Both the position numbers and the translations under genes were made by a program. From Macrostomum lignano (Eukaryota), in the NCBI GenBank assembly GCA_002269645.1, contig NIVC01002769.1:62001-126000 (forward strand): a stretch of 64,000 nucleotides of DNA. Direction: 5' to 3'. The notes beneath the pieces were generated by a model, which had not been told where the DNA came from, made no database searches, and saw only the letters and a program-made list of their open reading frames with translations. This document shows, piece by piece, positions 25,166 through 39,290 of this stretch (position 1 is its first letter; every line of letters starts with the position of its first letter).

Positions 25166-28100
25166 ATGTCCCTGGTGGTCTGGTCCCTGAGGCGCCTAGT
25201 CAACTATCGCGTGCTGCTCCTCATTCCGCTGTTGTGGTTCGCCGTCGCTCTCTTCTTGATCGGCTCTCACAACGGTGGCAGTGATCACCCGGTTGAAGAT
25301 CGCGGCGACAGACTACTGGACGGCAGCAAAGACGATGTCGACGACTCGGTCTTGGGCTCGATTCGGGAGGCGATTCGACTAGATAAAGAGCGCGTCAGAG
25401 CCGAGCTGTGGAATGCGGATTCAGCAGATAAATCCCGCTTAACTAAGAAGAGCAGAGACGATGTTGCTTCGGCAATCGATGCAGACATCCGTAACCGAAT
25501 GGCTAAGTTGAAACGTAAAAATGAGCAATTCAGGCAACGTCTGGCAGATTTGAGGAAGGCTGCCACTGAGACAACAACAGCCGAAGAAACAACGGAGGAA
25601 TCGACGACAGCGACAGCAAAGACAACCACAGGAACGACCAAAACTTCGTCCGTAACTGCAAAAACAAGCAAGACGTCGACTGAAACAACGCCGACGACAA
25701 CCCAGCAAGTCACCAGCAAGTTGCCGACCCCGACAGGTCCCGGCGAGCTCGGCGCCAGCGTGGTAGTCAACAAGCAGCTGCTGGATCAGCGCCAACTCGA
25801 ACGATTTGAGCGAGGCTGGAAGGAGAATGCGTTCAACGAATACGCCAGCGAACTAATCAGTGTGCAACGCAGGTTGCAGGTAATTTTTACCTTCGATTTT
25901 TTGTCAGAGTAGCTTTTTTGAGCATCGATAGATGAAGTATTTTTCTAGCTAGGGCCAATTAACTAGACTGAGCACTTTTCTGGGTGTTATTACTGAATAC
26001 TTGACCGATTTGTAGCACCTTTATGGCAATAGTTTTTTAGCGAAACATGATAATGCAGATAGATTCTGAGAAAGCTTCTTTAATGAAAAAAAACTTAGCG
26101 TTTGTTATAATTATCAGGATTACCGTCCAAAGGACTGCCGAAACAGAAAGTACTCGATTGAGCAGCTGCCAAACACCAGCGTCATCATGTGCATGCACAA
26201 CGAGGCCTGGAGCGTCCTTCTGCGCAGCATCCACTCTGTGCTGGACAGAGCACCGCCTGCTTTGCTGCACGAGATCATTCTAGTAGACGACTTCTCTAAT
26301 CGACCTCACCTAGGCCGACCCCTTGAAGATTACCTGGCAAAACTCGGTCGCGTACGCTTGTTGCGCAACAAGAAACGCGAAGGTTTAATTCGATCAAGAT
26401 TGGTTGGCGCGTCTGTGGCCACCGGGCAGACGCTGACCTTCCTCGACTCGCACATCGAGTGCACCAACGGCTGGCTGGAGCCGCTGCTCCAACGCATCCG
26501 AGACGATCGACGAAATGTCGCCGTGCCCTACATCGACGTTATCAACGAAGATAACTTCGGCTTCTTCCACGTCGCCAACGAGCGCATGGTTGTTGGTGGA
26601 TTCCGCTGGAACACCATGAGCTTCAGCTGGCAGTCGATGCCGCAGAGAATCCGACAGAATCTCAGCAGCCTGGCTCAGCCGGTGCCGACGCCAACCATGG
26701 CCGGAGGACTTTTCAGCATCGATAGGAGCTACTTTGACGAGCTTGGTCGATACGATGAAGGCATGGAGATTTGGGGCGCGGAGAATCTTGAAATCAGGTG
26801 AGCATAGATGTACATATTCGTAACTTATCTAATGAAAATCTATTAGTATACAGAGATAATGATTTTAAAAAAAGTACATCCACACATTTATCCAGCCAAT
26901 TTTAACCCGAATCACTCGTCAAATCTCATCCCAGCTGATCCTACTGTATGAGGATCCTGAGAGCGTGTGTACCTACCAGCCAACCAAACGATGAAAGTCA
27001 AAACCACTGTGCACCCTTTAAAAGTTGCTCGAGTGTTGTGCCTGACTCACATTCAAACAAAAGTATCCAAACAAATATTCCTTGCAGTTTCCGCATCTGG
27101 ATGTGCGGCGGTCGCATCGAGATTCTGCCCTGCTCCATCATCGGTCACGTGTTTCGCACCCGAAGCCCCTACTCCTGGGGCGAAGGGTCCGGCGATGTTC
27201 TCAAGCGGAACACTGTTCGAATGGCCGAAGTGTGGATGGATAATTTCAAGCATATTTATTATCGCCAGTTTAATAACCTGCTGGGCGACTTTGGCGATGT
27301 TTCTGAGCGACTTGCTCTCCGAAAACGGCTCAACTGCCATTCGTTTCGCTGGTACTTGGAGCACGTCTACCCTGAGCAGCTGAGATGGGGCAACAGCACG
27401 CGAATCGGGGTCATTCAGTCCTTCCGCCTAGTTGGCGGAGATGCCTGGTGCCTTGACGGAATCAGGCGACAAGGAGGCGCTGAAGTCAGCCTGCAGCGGT
27501 GCCACAACAAGGTATTGGAATGTGAATCTAATCACTGCTCTCGATCTTTTTCTTTCCCGCTACACTAAAAATGAGTTGTCAGTATCTATATTTCCTATCT
27601 AACATCCCTGATATCAACATAAAAATATATTGTGGCTTTATTACAACATCGTTGGGTCTAGTATTAGTGTTATAGTGCCGTATTGGGTCTCTTATTAGTG
27701 CCCCGTGCTTCCATATCTAGATATCCTATTCATATCTAGATCATTTTCTTCTATATCAAGATCCTCTCCATGCATTCATATCCGGGTCCTTTCCATCCAC
27801 ATCCGTGTCCTATCCTATCATATCCATTTCTTAACATATATTTCCGGGTCCTTTTCTTTCCCCTGCTCATTTATGTCAATCAATCAATCAATTGCAGGAA
27901 ATATAAAAATTAATATTAAATGAAAATAATAAATATACCATTAAAAACGCTAACCACACTACTATTACTCTACAGGGCGGCAATCAAGTCTGGACTCTGT
28001 CGCAGCACGGCGAGCTGATCCGTGAAACAGACTGCTTGCACTACAACGGTCGCGCCCTGACCCTCGTGGCCTGTCAAGGCTACGGAGGCTACGGCAAATA

Positions 28101-28353
28101 CCAGAGCTGGCGGTACGAGGACACCGGGGACAGGCAGATTTACCACCCGGCCACTGGCCAGTGCCTAACCCTGCGGCACACGGCGGCCATGTCTCAGCCA
28201 GGCCTGAGCATGGAGTCCTGTCGAGAGCGGGACCAGAGCCAGGCCTGGAGGCTGCCCGAAGTGCTCGACCTGTCCGATAGCAGTCCGGATTTGAGTACAG
28301 ACGGACCAGCCAGGGCTGTGCTGGAACCGCTAATGCCCAATGCTGTTGAATGA
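25166..28353 (+). CDS. GALNT: Polypeptide N-acetylgalactosaminyltransferase (GT27), 4 exons, ~731 aa
   Basis: Exons 25166-25879, 26118-26797, 27088-27511, 27976-28353. N-terminal TM anchor, Thr-rich stem, [24 protein letters not shown] (DxH), [26 protein letters not shown]-terminal ricin-type lectin (CLD..CH..GGNQVW). Confidence 0.96.
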
Positions 28354-29818
28354 AGTTTTATTTGATAATTCAGTTATAACCATCGTATCAGGACGCAATA
28401 CTTGATTTTCGCGCTTAACTTTGCTTTGAAGTCTCGTCTCCCATTAGAGAAATAGAAAATTTTGTCTATTTTTAGCACAAAACTATCGGCAATCTCAATT
28501 AGCTCGGTCCAAATACATAATAGCTTCATGCGATTATCGTAAGTAAGCCAGAGGTAAAAAATACTGCATTAAGTACTCCAAAAAAATTATATTTCATGCA
28601 TTTCAATGCATTTCAAAATGAATTCGAGCGGTTGTAGGAGGAAAATGAGGATCTTAAAGAACGAACAGGGGTCTTAAAAAAGATAGGAGGCTTGATTAAT
28701 CATTGAATTGCAAATGTAGCAAGTTAGTTTTTTGTCTGTGACAGTCCTTCCGTGTAATTTTCCATGATCGTAAACTTTCGCGAAATCAATTCGGTGTGGA
28801 AAGCTGATTTTTGAGAAAGTCTTTTGTTTGAATGAGGTTGTTTCTTTTTGTTTTTCAATTTTTCGACTTCCTTCCCGATAATTAATAAATAAAACCCTAG
28901 GAACTTTCTTTGCTTTATCTTTCGGAAACTTGGATAATTAATTTGAGTAATTCATAGCTAGCTTAAAAATAAAAAAATACAAGTCTGTGTGTTAGATGAG
29001 AATTTGAAGTCTTTATTGTCAAATTGTAATAAACCTTGTTGTTTTAAAAAATTGAGCATTTGGTATTCACGTATTGTAAGAAAATTTTTTGCGTGCAAGA
29101 AAATTATTCGCTGCAGTACGTTAGTGACTACTTACATGTATGTAGTGCTCAGTAGCAAATTGTGAATGTCACGCGTATAATGCAAATTATGGCTGAGCAA
29201 ATTCAATTCTTTTTATTAGTCTCACCAAGAAATGACCAATATTTTTAAGCTGGCCTAAGAAAGTATCCTAAGTTTAATCTTAAATGACGTACATGTAATT
29301 CTACAACGTTTGAGATTGAAGCTGTGAAAAATTTGACCCCAACTAAAACTTATCCCAATAAAATCCACCCTACAATCAGCACAACCTGCACAAGCATCCT
29401 TGATTCCTGCATGTAACAACAGCATCTTTTCCAGGAGCATCCTTGAGTCCCTGAAAGTAGCACCTCCTCGAGCAACGTTCCACCAAAATTAGTTGACAGC
29501 TTTAGGATACAACAAAAAATTATCACAGCTTCCTCATAGTTTATCTTAAAAATATTGGTTACTAACAATCATAATAAAAATTTGTACGAGTATGACAGTA
29601 AAATGATGCTAAAATGCTTTTTGACTTCAAAACTCTATTAAAACTTTGAGTTTGTTTTAACCGAGTATAAATCAAGAAGTTAACTTACTTTAAAAGCAGT
29701 GAACTCTTCTAGAAATAGCTGAGAACTTCATGTAGCTTAATAAAGTGTCTGACACTGACATGTAGCTTCAAAAAAGTTACGACACTTTAAATTAGGACAA
29801 TGAAAGAATCTTAGATCA

Positions 29819-31838
29819 CTACTCAACAATGTCCGCAGACGACCTGATTGCACAGCATTTCACCGGATGTAGCAGTTTTTTGTGCAGCAACTCTGGTCGA
29901 TTTTGCACCCGTTTTGACAGCACCGTCCGCCTGTAGACGCTGTTGAAGTTCGTGACGATGACAGGAACTGGCAGGGCCACCGTCATGACCCCGGCTACAA
30001 CGCACGCTGAACCAATCAGCTTGCCAACCAGGGTTCGCGGCACTGCGTCTCCATACCCGACGGTGCACAAGCTGATCACCGCCCACCAGAACGCGTGCGG
30101 GATGCTCTGGAACTGCCGGTGCACCGCTCCTTCCGCTTGGTGAATCGCCGAAGCGAACAAAACCACGCTGACGCCGACGAAGAACAGAAACATGGTGAGC
30201 TCCCGGATGCTCATCCTGAGCGTCCTGCCCAGAATTTGCATCCCGGTCACGTAGCGGTACAGTTTGAAGATTCTCAACACATGGCTAAAGTGCAACGCTC
30301 GCATCAGGCCGCTGTCGGCGCAGAATCTTCCCAACGTTTCCATGGCAACTGAGATGAAGTAGGGCGTAAAGCTGATCGCGTCAAGCCAAACAGCCGCAGA
30401 ACGGACCAGGTGAGTTCGGGGCAGCGGGCAGACGGCCACTTTGATGCAGAACTCCAGAGCGAACCAAGAGACGCAAGCGAATTCGAGTCTGGTAAACCAT
30501 AGACTGTTGGAGCTGATTGACATTTGCTTGGGACCGAATACCAGCGGCAGGTAGCTGCAGAAGTCGGTCGATAGAGCATGTTTTTGCTTTTTTCAGTGAT
30601 GGGCCCGTTAGGGGTGGCAAGTTCCGCAGGTAAAAATAACATACTTGCTGAGTTCCCTCTCGGGTTGAATTGATAGATCCAACCACTTACATACTCTATA
30701 GTTTTAATTCCTTTTAAAAGGTATTCCGTCTCTAAAGGAAAATCTGAAGGGCCAAACAGTACGACGCACCTCAGCCACAAAAGCTGAGATCGTGTTTTTT
30801 TATGAGATAGCATTTTCAGATTGCGTGGCCAGATTGTCGTCCAATTCTCACCCAATCAGGACAAGGCTCAGTGAGTGTACATATTTGACGATTAGAAAGT
30901 CTGAGCTGCTGCACACCCTTTGTGAGCGAGCGTATGAAAGCGTTCTGCACGCTTGCATGTGCTCAGGGGTCAGGGAAACAGGCAGAACTACCTCTTTGCT
31001 AGTTGTAGGATTATATCGACGAAGACGTTGCACCAGTGTTCCCAGAAGCTTTACCAGACACTCACCGTGTCGAAGCCGCGGAGCTCCTGTTGCCATCCTC
31101 CCCGGTGCCATCAGCCGCGGTGCACGGGTCTGGCTGCGAGTGCAGGCAGTGCAGCGCCACTGACAGGATAATGATGGCCACGCTGGGCGCCACCAGCAGC
31201 CTGCCAAACTTGGTAGTCTTCGGATAGTGCAGCGCAGAGAACAGGCTGGTTCTCCAGCTCGGCTGACTCCAGTGCCGCACCGTGAGCTGCGAGTAACCTT
31301 CGGACACTAAGAAGCTGCGAATGACGGCTTCGTCAAGTTGAAAGAATCTCAGCTCCTCGTAGAACACCTCCTCGGGCACTTCATTTGGTCGACGCAGCCT
31401 GCCGCCAGACTGGTAATAGTTGAGTATCGCGGCGAACGAAGGGCGGTGCCTGTCGAAGAAGTACTGTCCTCGACTGGCGTCCCAGTACTGCAGCCGCTTC
31501 TGGTCGTTGCCAAGCAGAGTGCCGGGAAATCGACGCAGCGTTCTCAGCTGAGTTTCGAATATTTCTCCAGCCACGTTAATGCTGACTCGCTGGCAGCCGC
31601 TGTCGCAGCTTGATTCTTGTCGGCGTAAACTGCCAGCAACTCCGTCGACAACTGCGCTCCGATGCTGATGATGGGGTTGATGCGGAGCGGAGGCTGTAGT
31701 ACCGCTGTCTGCCGCATTCGCGTTGGTCTTCGATGCATCGTCCGGCTCGGGACAGGCGGCTTCGGCTGCGGCTGCCGCGGCGGATTTTTTGCACCGGCGG
31801 GACTTGCCCCGCTGCGCGACTCGGAGAAATGAGTACAT
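29819..31838 (-). CDS. KCNA: Voltage-gated K+ channel alpha subunit, Shaker/Kv1-type, with an atypical S4
   Basis: Exons 31838-31066 and 30554-29819 (in frame). T1 domain (INVAGEIFETQLRTL..YFFDRHRPSF..YYQSGGRLRRP), S1-S6, filter TVGYGD, S6 PVP. Start at ATG 31838 is assumed; an upstream exon is possible. Symbol is family-level only. Confidence 0.92.
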
Positions 31839-32573
31839 TGCTCTCAGCTCAGAGGCGCCCACAAGCGCTTAGAAGTTTTTTAGAACAAAAGCGTCAAAAC
31901 GCTATCATTGCTCCAAGTGGATAAGCATGCTTGTGGTGACGTCAAAGTTTTAGAGAATATTTAACGGTTGGTACTGGGTGGCTGTGTCTGCTAGAAGACA
32001 GATGGAAGCTGTCTGCAGAGAAGTGGCATTCTCAGCACTGACTGCTAACAATTGGTCAGCTCTGCTGGGGAGCGGCATGCAGCCATGAGGCTCAGAGACT
32101 CAGGGAGAGGCAGAGGGGAGCAGAGGGGAGCAGAGGAGAGGAGAGTGGTAGGCCGCGTCTTCCCTGCATAGGCACAAGTTGAGAAGTTTTGCGCCCAGTC
32201 ACAGCGATGGAGCACAGGCACGCGATGACAGCTTACAGCAGAACTACAAAAAAACGCTTGTTAGGCCTTTAAAAAAGTCCCCAAAAAGCGACTGGGAAGA
32301 CCGGCCGACTGCCGGAGAGGAGCGCAGAGCAGGAATGAGTTTATAGAAAAACACCAATTTGAGTCGGGGCTCAACAAAACACCCCATCCCCAAAACGCGT
32401 GGCATTTTACCGGCATTGAGTTGCGATTCACTGAATTTTGTTTTTATGATGCTCATCCTATCTATTGAAAATTTTTACTCAGTTTTTTCATTGAAATTCC
32501 CCCGCGTCGGGGTAATGGATTTTAATGGATGCCTAATGAATTTTCAATGGTAAGATGAAGCCAGAGTTTCATT

Positions 32574-33471
<898 letters not shown>

Positions 33472-34126
33472 GCTTCGGCGTTGTTTAAGTATATTAAAAC
33501 AATTCTCTATATGCATACATATAAGCTATGCGTATGTGTATATTACTTTATGATCCCAATTAACTAGAGCCAGCATATACACAGAAGAGTTTTAGCAAGT
33601 GGTAGGGAGAGAGTAGGAGTAACAGAGAGAGAGGAGGGGTGGCAAGAGGGAGAGTCCAGAATCACACAGCAGCATCAAAATTTGCCACACAGAGCCAACT
33701 ATTAAGCAATTAAGTTTCCATGCGTGAGGACTCCGCTGCTAACCGGCTGCAGCACCGGCCACAACCCCTTCATCCAGTGCAGCTGCTATGTATTATCTTC
33801 ACTAAAATTTGCCAACATGCGAGTTGCAGCTGAACTGTGCTCATGAAAACGGCGCTGCACTGTAAAAATGGCGTTGGTCCGTTAATTACAGGAGGTTTAT
33901 GAATGTGTCTGCGACTGCTTTCTAACAAGCGTAGTTGAAAATAAAGTGTGCATGCACATGTTCTGCAAATTACTCGGACAATTATTTCATCATTTAAAGC
34001 TACGCTAACGCTACCAAAGTAGCGGCTAAAAAGTTTATGGAAATGCATGGTTTCACATGCACCAGGGACGTGGACCGACAGAATTTTTCAACGGGTGCAT
34101 CTCTGAAAGCGCTGTTTCATTTGAGG

Positions 34127-34588
34127 GGGGTTAGCACCAGGGGCTTTAGCACCAGGGGCTTTAGCACCAGGGGCTTTAGCACCAGGGGCTTTAGCACCAG
34201 GGGCTTTAGCACCAGGGGCTTTAGCACCAGGGGCTTTAGCACCAGGGGCGCCAGCACCAGGGGCTTTAGCACCAGGGGCTTTAGCACCAGGGGCTTTAGC
34301 ACCAGGGGCTTTAGCACCAGGGGCTTTAGCACCAGGGGCTTTAGCACTAGGGGCTTTAGCACCAGGGGCTTTAGCACCAGGGGCTTTAGCACAGGGGCGC
34401 CAGCACCAGGGGCGCCAGCACCAGGGGCGCCAGCACCAGGGGCGCCAGCACCAGGGGCGCCAGCACCAGGGGCGCCAGCACCAGGGGCGCCAGCACCAGG
34501 GGCGCCAGCACCAGGGGCGCCAGCACCAGGGGCGCCAGCACCAGGGGCGCCAGCACCAGGGGCGCCAGCACCAGGGGCGCCAGCACTA
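34127..34588 (-). repeat. 15-bp minisatellite, reverse complement of the 23.1-kb array, about 30 units of two variants
   Basis: (agcaccaggggcttt)n followed by (agcaccaggggcgcc)n. Confidence 0.97.
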
Positions 34589-34781
34589 GACGACGCCATG
34601 CAGCACCATATACATGTACATGTACATGTACTTCTGGCAGCCGATTTTGCGGGCCGCATGGATTGCACAAAAATCTTACAAAAGGCACAGATCAGTAAGG
34701 TGTCCATGTATATTTTAATGTTTGCTACCTGCAATTTTACTAGGCCCTGCATTATTCATTATGCAATAACCATGATTTAGT

Positions 34782-34818
34782 CAAGGACTACTTAATTAAG
34801 TAATTTACGTAGTCCCTG
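34782..34818. mobile_element. 37-bp hAT-like remnant made of two TIRs only
   Basis: caaggactacttaa...ttacgtagtccctg; each end matches the TIR cacggactacttaa of the 59124-60922 element at 12/14; flanks gatttagt / gattcggt (6/8). Confidence 0.55.
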
Positions 34819-36355
34819 GATTCGGTTACGTAGGTGCACGCAGGATCGATACAGTAATTAGAAATAGGATTACTGAAATAGAAAAACGAATTTTTTGATA
34901 CACAAAAATACACGGGATTTTCGAAAGTCTTTAATTTGTAGCGCTCTTCTAATATATGTAAGTAAACGATCGACCTGTTTGAAAAATTGTAGCATTTTGG
35001 AACAGTTCTTTAGGTCAGAAATCGATTTTTCTGAGCGAAACGTACATGTATACAGTGTATATGTAAATAATAAAGTCCCCTAGTTAAAACCCTCTTAGTA
35101 AAACATTAGAGATCTTTTATTAATCGCATTTTTTATTGTTGTAGCGTTTCCGAAAACTTTTAATTATAATCGGTGACTGATTTTGCTGAAATGATTCTTC
35201 TAAGCTTAACAAAGCTACATTTATTTATCATAAGAATGCTCAAAAACTGCAATCCTAGCGATTTTTGTATCAAAAAATTTATTCTATTAAAAAATATTAA
35301 ACTTAAGACTTAGATAATTTATAATATATTTATAATGGATACCGTTTTCGACAAAGTCAATTAGGTTATTATTTTACATTTTTCATAGCGGCAGTAACAA
35401 ATACTAAGTCGTGTAGTTTTGATTTTGAAATTATATAGCTTTCATATTCATTAATGAAAAAAAGATAATAAACTTTCTGATTTATTTTTTATATATCTTT
35501 ACCTCCTCTAACTTATGATCAGCTCATACTAGCTATGAATTTGTCCAGTGTTGTGTTTCCATCTTGTCTTGGCTATTTATTTTCAGCTCAGCTACATATT
35601 TTTAGTATATTGGATTAATCTTTTATCGATGCATTATATTAAAATACTTTTTTAAACTCTGTCATATTCTGTTGGAGTTTTATCTAACATAAAGTAACAC
35701 TTTATGATAAGTGCAAACTTTATGCAAAGTAACTTAAAAATATATAATTGATAAGTTGAGATAGTAATCTGGTATCAAATGAAAATTATTTTCTTGCTTT
35801 TTATGAAAATTTTATACTTAGCAAAGTAAATTTCAAAGCAAATGTCCGCTTTTATAATTGATTGAACAATACTGCTTTTGTGTTTTTTGTATATTGTTCT
35901 ATGTACATAGGCATTTGCTAGATTTTCTAGATTTTTTCAGAGTTTAAATTCTGAAATAAAGTTTTTTTTACTTTCTTTCAAGCTCGCAATGGAATATTCT
36001 CTGCGTACCATGCGGCTTGGCAACTCACTTCACCATATGCTATGAGAATTTTAACGAAAAAGTTTCAGGTTTGATCACTGACATTTGAGTTGCTAAGCCA
36101 CAGGGTACTCAGAGAACATTGAACCATTGCGAGGCCTTTACTTTTCTGACAGAAAAATGAAAAAAGCACTGAAGAATCAATGAAACAAAGTAGCCTTTGG
36201 CCCAAATACGTTCGTATATCAAAACTGGACTTCTGCCGCTAGTGCTTTTAAATGATTCCGTGGGGATTGATGTGGGCTACTGATGTTAAAGAAATCAATA
36301 AAATATTAAATCACATGCTTAAAAAACATTAATTTTTGCTGTCGCCACAGTAACC

Positions 36356-39030
36356 ATGCCTAACACATCGCATGCTGCGCCAGGCGTCACTTCACCAACA
36401 ATATTCGACAGTGTCGACACTGTCTGTTACAATGGCGGCGGCAATAGCGGAGGCGTGCTATTCTGCATCGACACCTCAGGCAGCATGCACTCTAAGCTGC
36501 CAGCCGTCCGCTCCGAGCTAGTAGAGCTGCTCAACCGATGGTCGGGCAGTTCGCGCCGATTCAATTTGATCAGATTTGGCGCCGGCTCTCTGCAGCGCTG
36601 GTCTGAAGGCATGGTGGACTGCACACCCGCAGCCATTGTCGACGCGGACAGATGGCTTTCGATTGGCGGCACGTCCGGTTGCTGCTCCGACACCCGAGCC
36701 GCGCTGACCACAGCCTCCGTTGAGGCAAAAAATTGCGGCGCATCGTCCGTTTGCCTCGTGACAGACAGTTTGCCAGAGGCCACCCTGACATCTTCGGAGA
36801 TGTCCTCGCTGCCGCTGCCGGTGCACTGCGTCTACCCCAAAGAGTCGGAGCTGACGCCGCAGCCGGGTTTGATGGCCGAGCTCCAGCAGATTGCCGGCGC
36901 TACCGGCGGTTCGTTGACAGTTGCCAACGTCAGCCATCGAGGTGTCATCGAACGGGTAGCTCCGGTTGCTCGGACGGCTCCGCCAGCGACTCGCTGGGGC
37001 CGTCCTGGCGGTCAACAGGTTCCACCTGCCATTAACGGTGGGAAACTCTGCTCGGTGACAGCTTCGCTGCGCTGCGACCCGCTGCTAGACGCTCCGGCTC
37101 TGCTATTCGAAGGCGAGGACAGAGACGGCTGGCGGTTTGTGTATTCAAACCAAGGCCCGCCAGGGACTCACTGGGGCGGCAGCTGGAGCAAGTTTCAGGC
37201 TAGTCGGCCAAGAGTTCGAGCCGCAGAACGAGGCGCCTCGCCGCCCAGATCACCGCCGCCTTCAATTGCTGGAGTCAGCCTGCTGGGACGTCGAGTGTTG
37301 GCAAGGAGACGGTCGGACGGACTCTTCTATGAGGGCACCGTCTTATCAGAGGTGAGCAAATTTTTTCCTTAAAAGTCTTTTCTGTCTTCAATAGAGTATC
37401 TCTAATACTCTAATTAGAGAAGCTAGAATTTCAGTAGGAAATTTCCTACTGATACCGATGGGAATCAGTAACGCGCCTGAATCTCGATATTTTAATAAAG
37501 AAATTTCTAACTTCGATTTCAGACATACGTCTAAAAAGACGATATCTTACGAGAAAAAATGTCTGTAGTTTTAAAACTCGTATAATACGAGAATACTCGT
37601 ATAACGTGTACATTCATTGCATCCATTACGCAGGCATCAACTCCCGGCCAATTCAACGTAGAACTGCAGACAAACAGACCCAAAAACTGTGCTGGAAAAG
37701 ACGGCTTCTCAGACACCGAGTACCAAATTACTCCGGTTGGCGAGCTTATCGCCCTGGACGACGCGCTGCGCCGACAACTGCTCCCAGGAGACTGCGTCCT
37801 GGCGCCGCGCGGCCCCAACAGACCCGACTATGGGCCTGCAATCGTGCTGGACGGCTACGAGCTGCGTCGGAGACAAGCAGCAGCAGGAGATCGCGTCGAA
37901 GACCAACCAGACGACAGCGTCGACGACTGCAAAAGCGGGGTGGCGTGCGACCGTTGGCCGTCGCTTTCACGGACGGCGCGAGCTGCGTGGCGGAGCCGGG
38001 AAAGGCAGTTCGTATCAGCCACTCGATGTACCACCGACTGCAGCTCGAGGCCGTCATGCCAAGGCGGGAGCGGCTCGCCCTGGCCGACTGGACGCCCGAG
38101 TACCCGGAGGCGACTCGTCCGGGCTATTTGGCTACGCGGCCGCTCAGGAATCCAGACGAATTCGAAGCAGTGCGGCCGGTTTGGCCACCAGGTCGCATGC
38201 TTCCGGAAGCTGTTCCGGCTCGATCTCACCGCAGCGGAAGCGTTGATGGCGGCCGGATGCTCTACGACTCGGCAGAATACGACGAGTTCGAACAGTGGCC
38301 AGACGATACGGATCGGCGCGCCGACCAGCTGATTGCCGACTTCGACAGGCGCCTTGTCGACGCCTCTGTGGGACCAGAAGCTCCAGCTGTTAAGTCAAAG
38401 AGTCGCACAGCGCCGACAAAGTCGATTCTGAAGAAGCCACCGCCGGCGCCGTCAAAGCAGCGATCGTTTGCTGTCGGGGCGAGCACCAACTGGGCTTCGG
38501 AGAACGGCTTCTCCTGCGGCTACTCGGGCCATCGGCAATCTTCCAGATGGACGGTGCGTTCGGCCAATATGTACAACCGACGGCCACTTGAGATCGGCTC
38601 GTGTCTCGGCCGGGGCGACTTGGAACTCGAGACTCGTCAACATCGAATTTACGAGCACAGACGCGCCGTGTCGGCGGAACGCGCAGATGCACTGTTGCGC
38701 TCTCGAGCAGACGAGGAGTCTGCCAAGGCCGCTCGACTGGCGCGCATGGCTGAAACTCGCGGCTCCACAGCCGCTGCCGCCGTAAGCGTCGAAGAGACGC
38801 CCGACGGTCGATTCGGTGGCCGACGTCGCATTACTGCCACGCCGCCAGACGAGCGATCGCGCGAAAGTCGACGCCGCTACGTTACGCCGCCCTCGGTGCC
38901 GACAGAGGAGCGGCCCTGCCGGGTGAGGCGAGTCACTCCGTGCGGCGACAGAGGCATCCAAGTGGTCGGAGATGGAAGCGGTGGCGGCGGACTGCAGCGA
39001 AGCGTTCGGTTCAGCTCATCAGAGCCGTGA
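36356..39030 (+). CDS. VWA-domain + DUF4537 (Tudor-like) protein, VWA3B/C11orf16-like, with one frameshift
   Basis: Exon 36356-37351: VLFCIDTSGSM MIDAS motif, RFNLIRF, RVLARRRSDGLFYEGTV. Exon from 37634: LLPGDCVLAP..YGPAIVLDGYE; frame change near 37936-37940, then LAVAFTDG..AVRIS..Y and a disordered tail to TGA 39030. Confidence 0.75.
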
Positions 39031-39170
39031 GTTGACAATGAAATGGATTTGTCGCAAATGTCTAAGATCTGCTATAGTATAAGCGCAGTCCGGGGGCGTC
39101 ATGGACGTCTGTCCGTGAGCAAAGGACTTCTGGAGGGTGTCTTTGTCCCAGCAGCTGAGGACCTACTAGG

Positions 39171-39290
39171 GTGGCCCAGCAACTGAGGATTTGGAAGGCT
39201 GGCACAGCAACTGAGGGTTTAGGAGGCTGGCACAGCAACTGAGGATTTGGGAGGCTGGCCCAGAAACTGAGGATTTGGGAGGGGTGGCTA
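39171..39290 (+). repeat. 28-bp tandem repeat (ctggcacagcaactgaggatttgggagg), ~4 copies
   Basis: Four imperfect adjacent units without spacers. Confidence 0.85.

Noticed and set aside
25166-28353. Functional link between GALNT and the neighbouring lectin-like genes
   Set aside because: Only proximity supports it; no shared regulatory feature visible.
37606-37935. N-terminal part of the 474-aa ORF 37606-39030 as real protein
   Set aside because: The splice phase and domain pattern put this part in another frame; only the portion after ~37940 is the likely coding frame.
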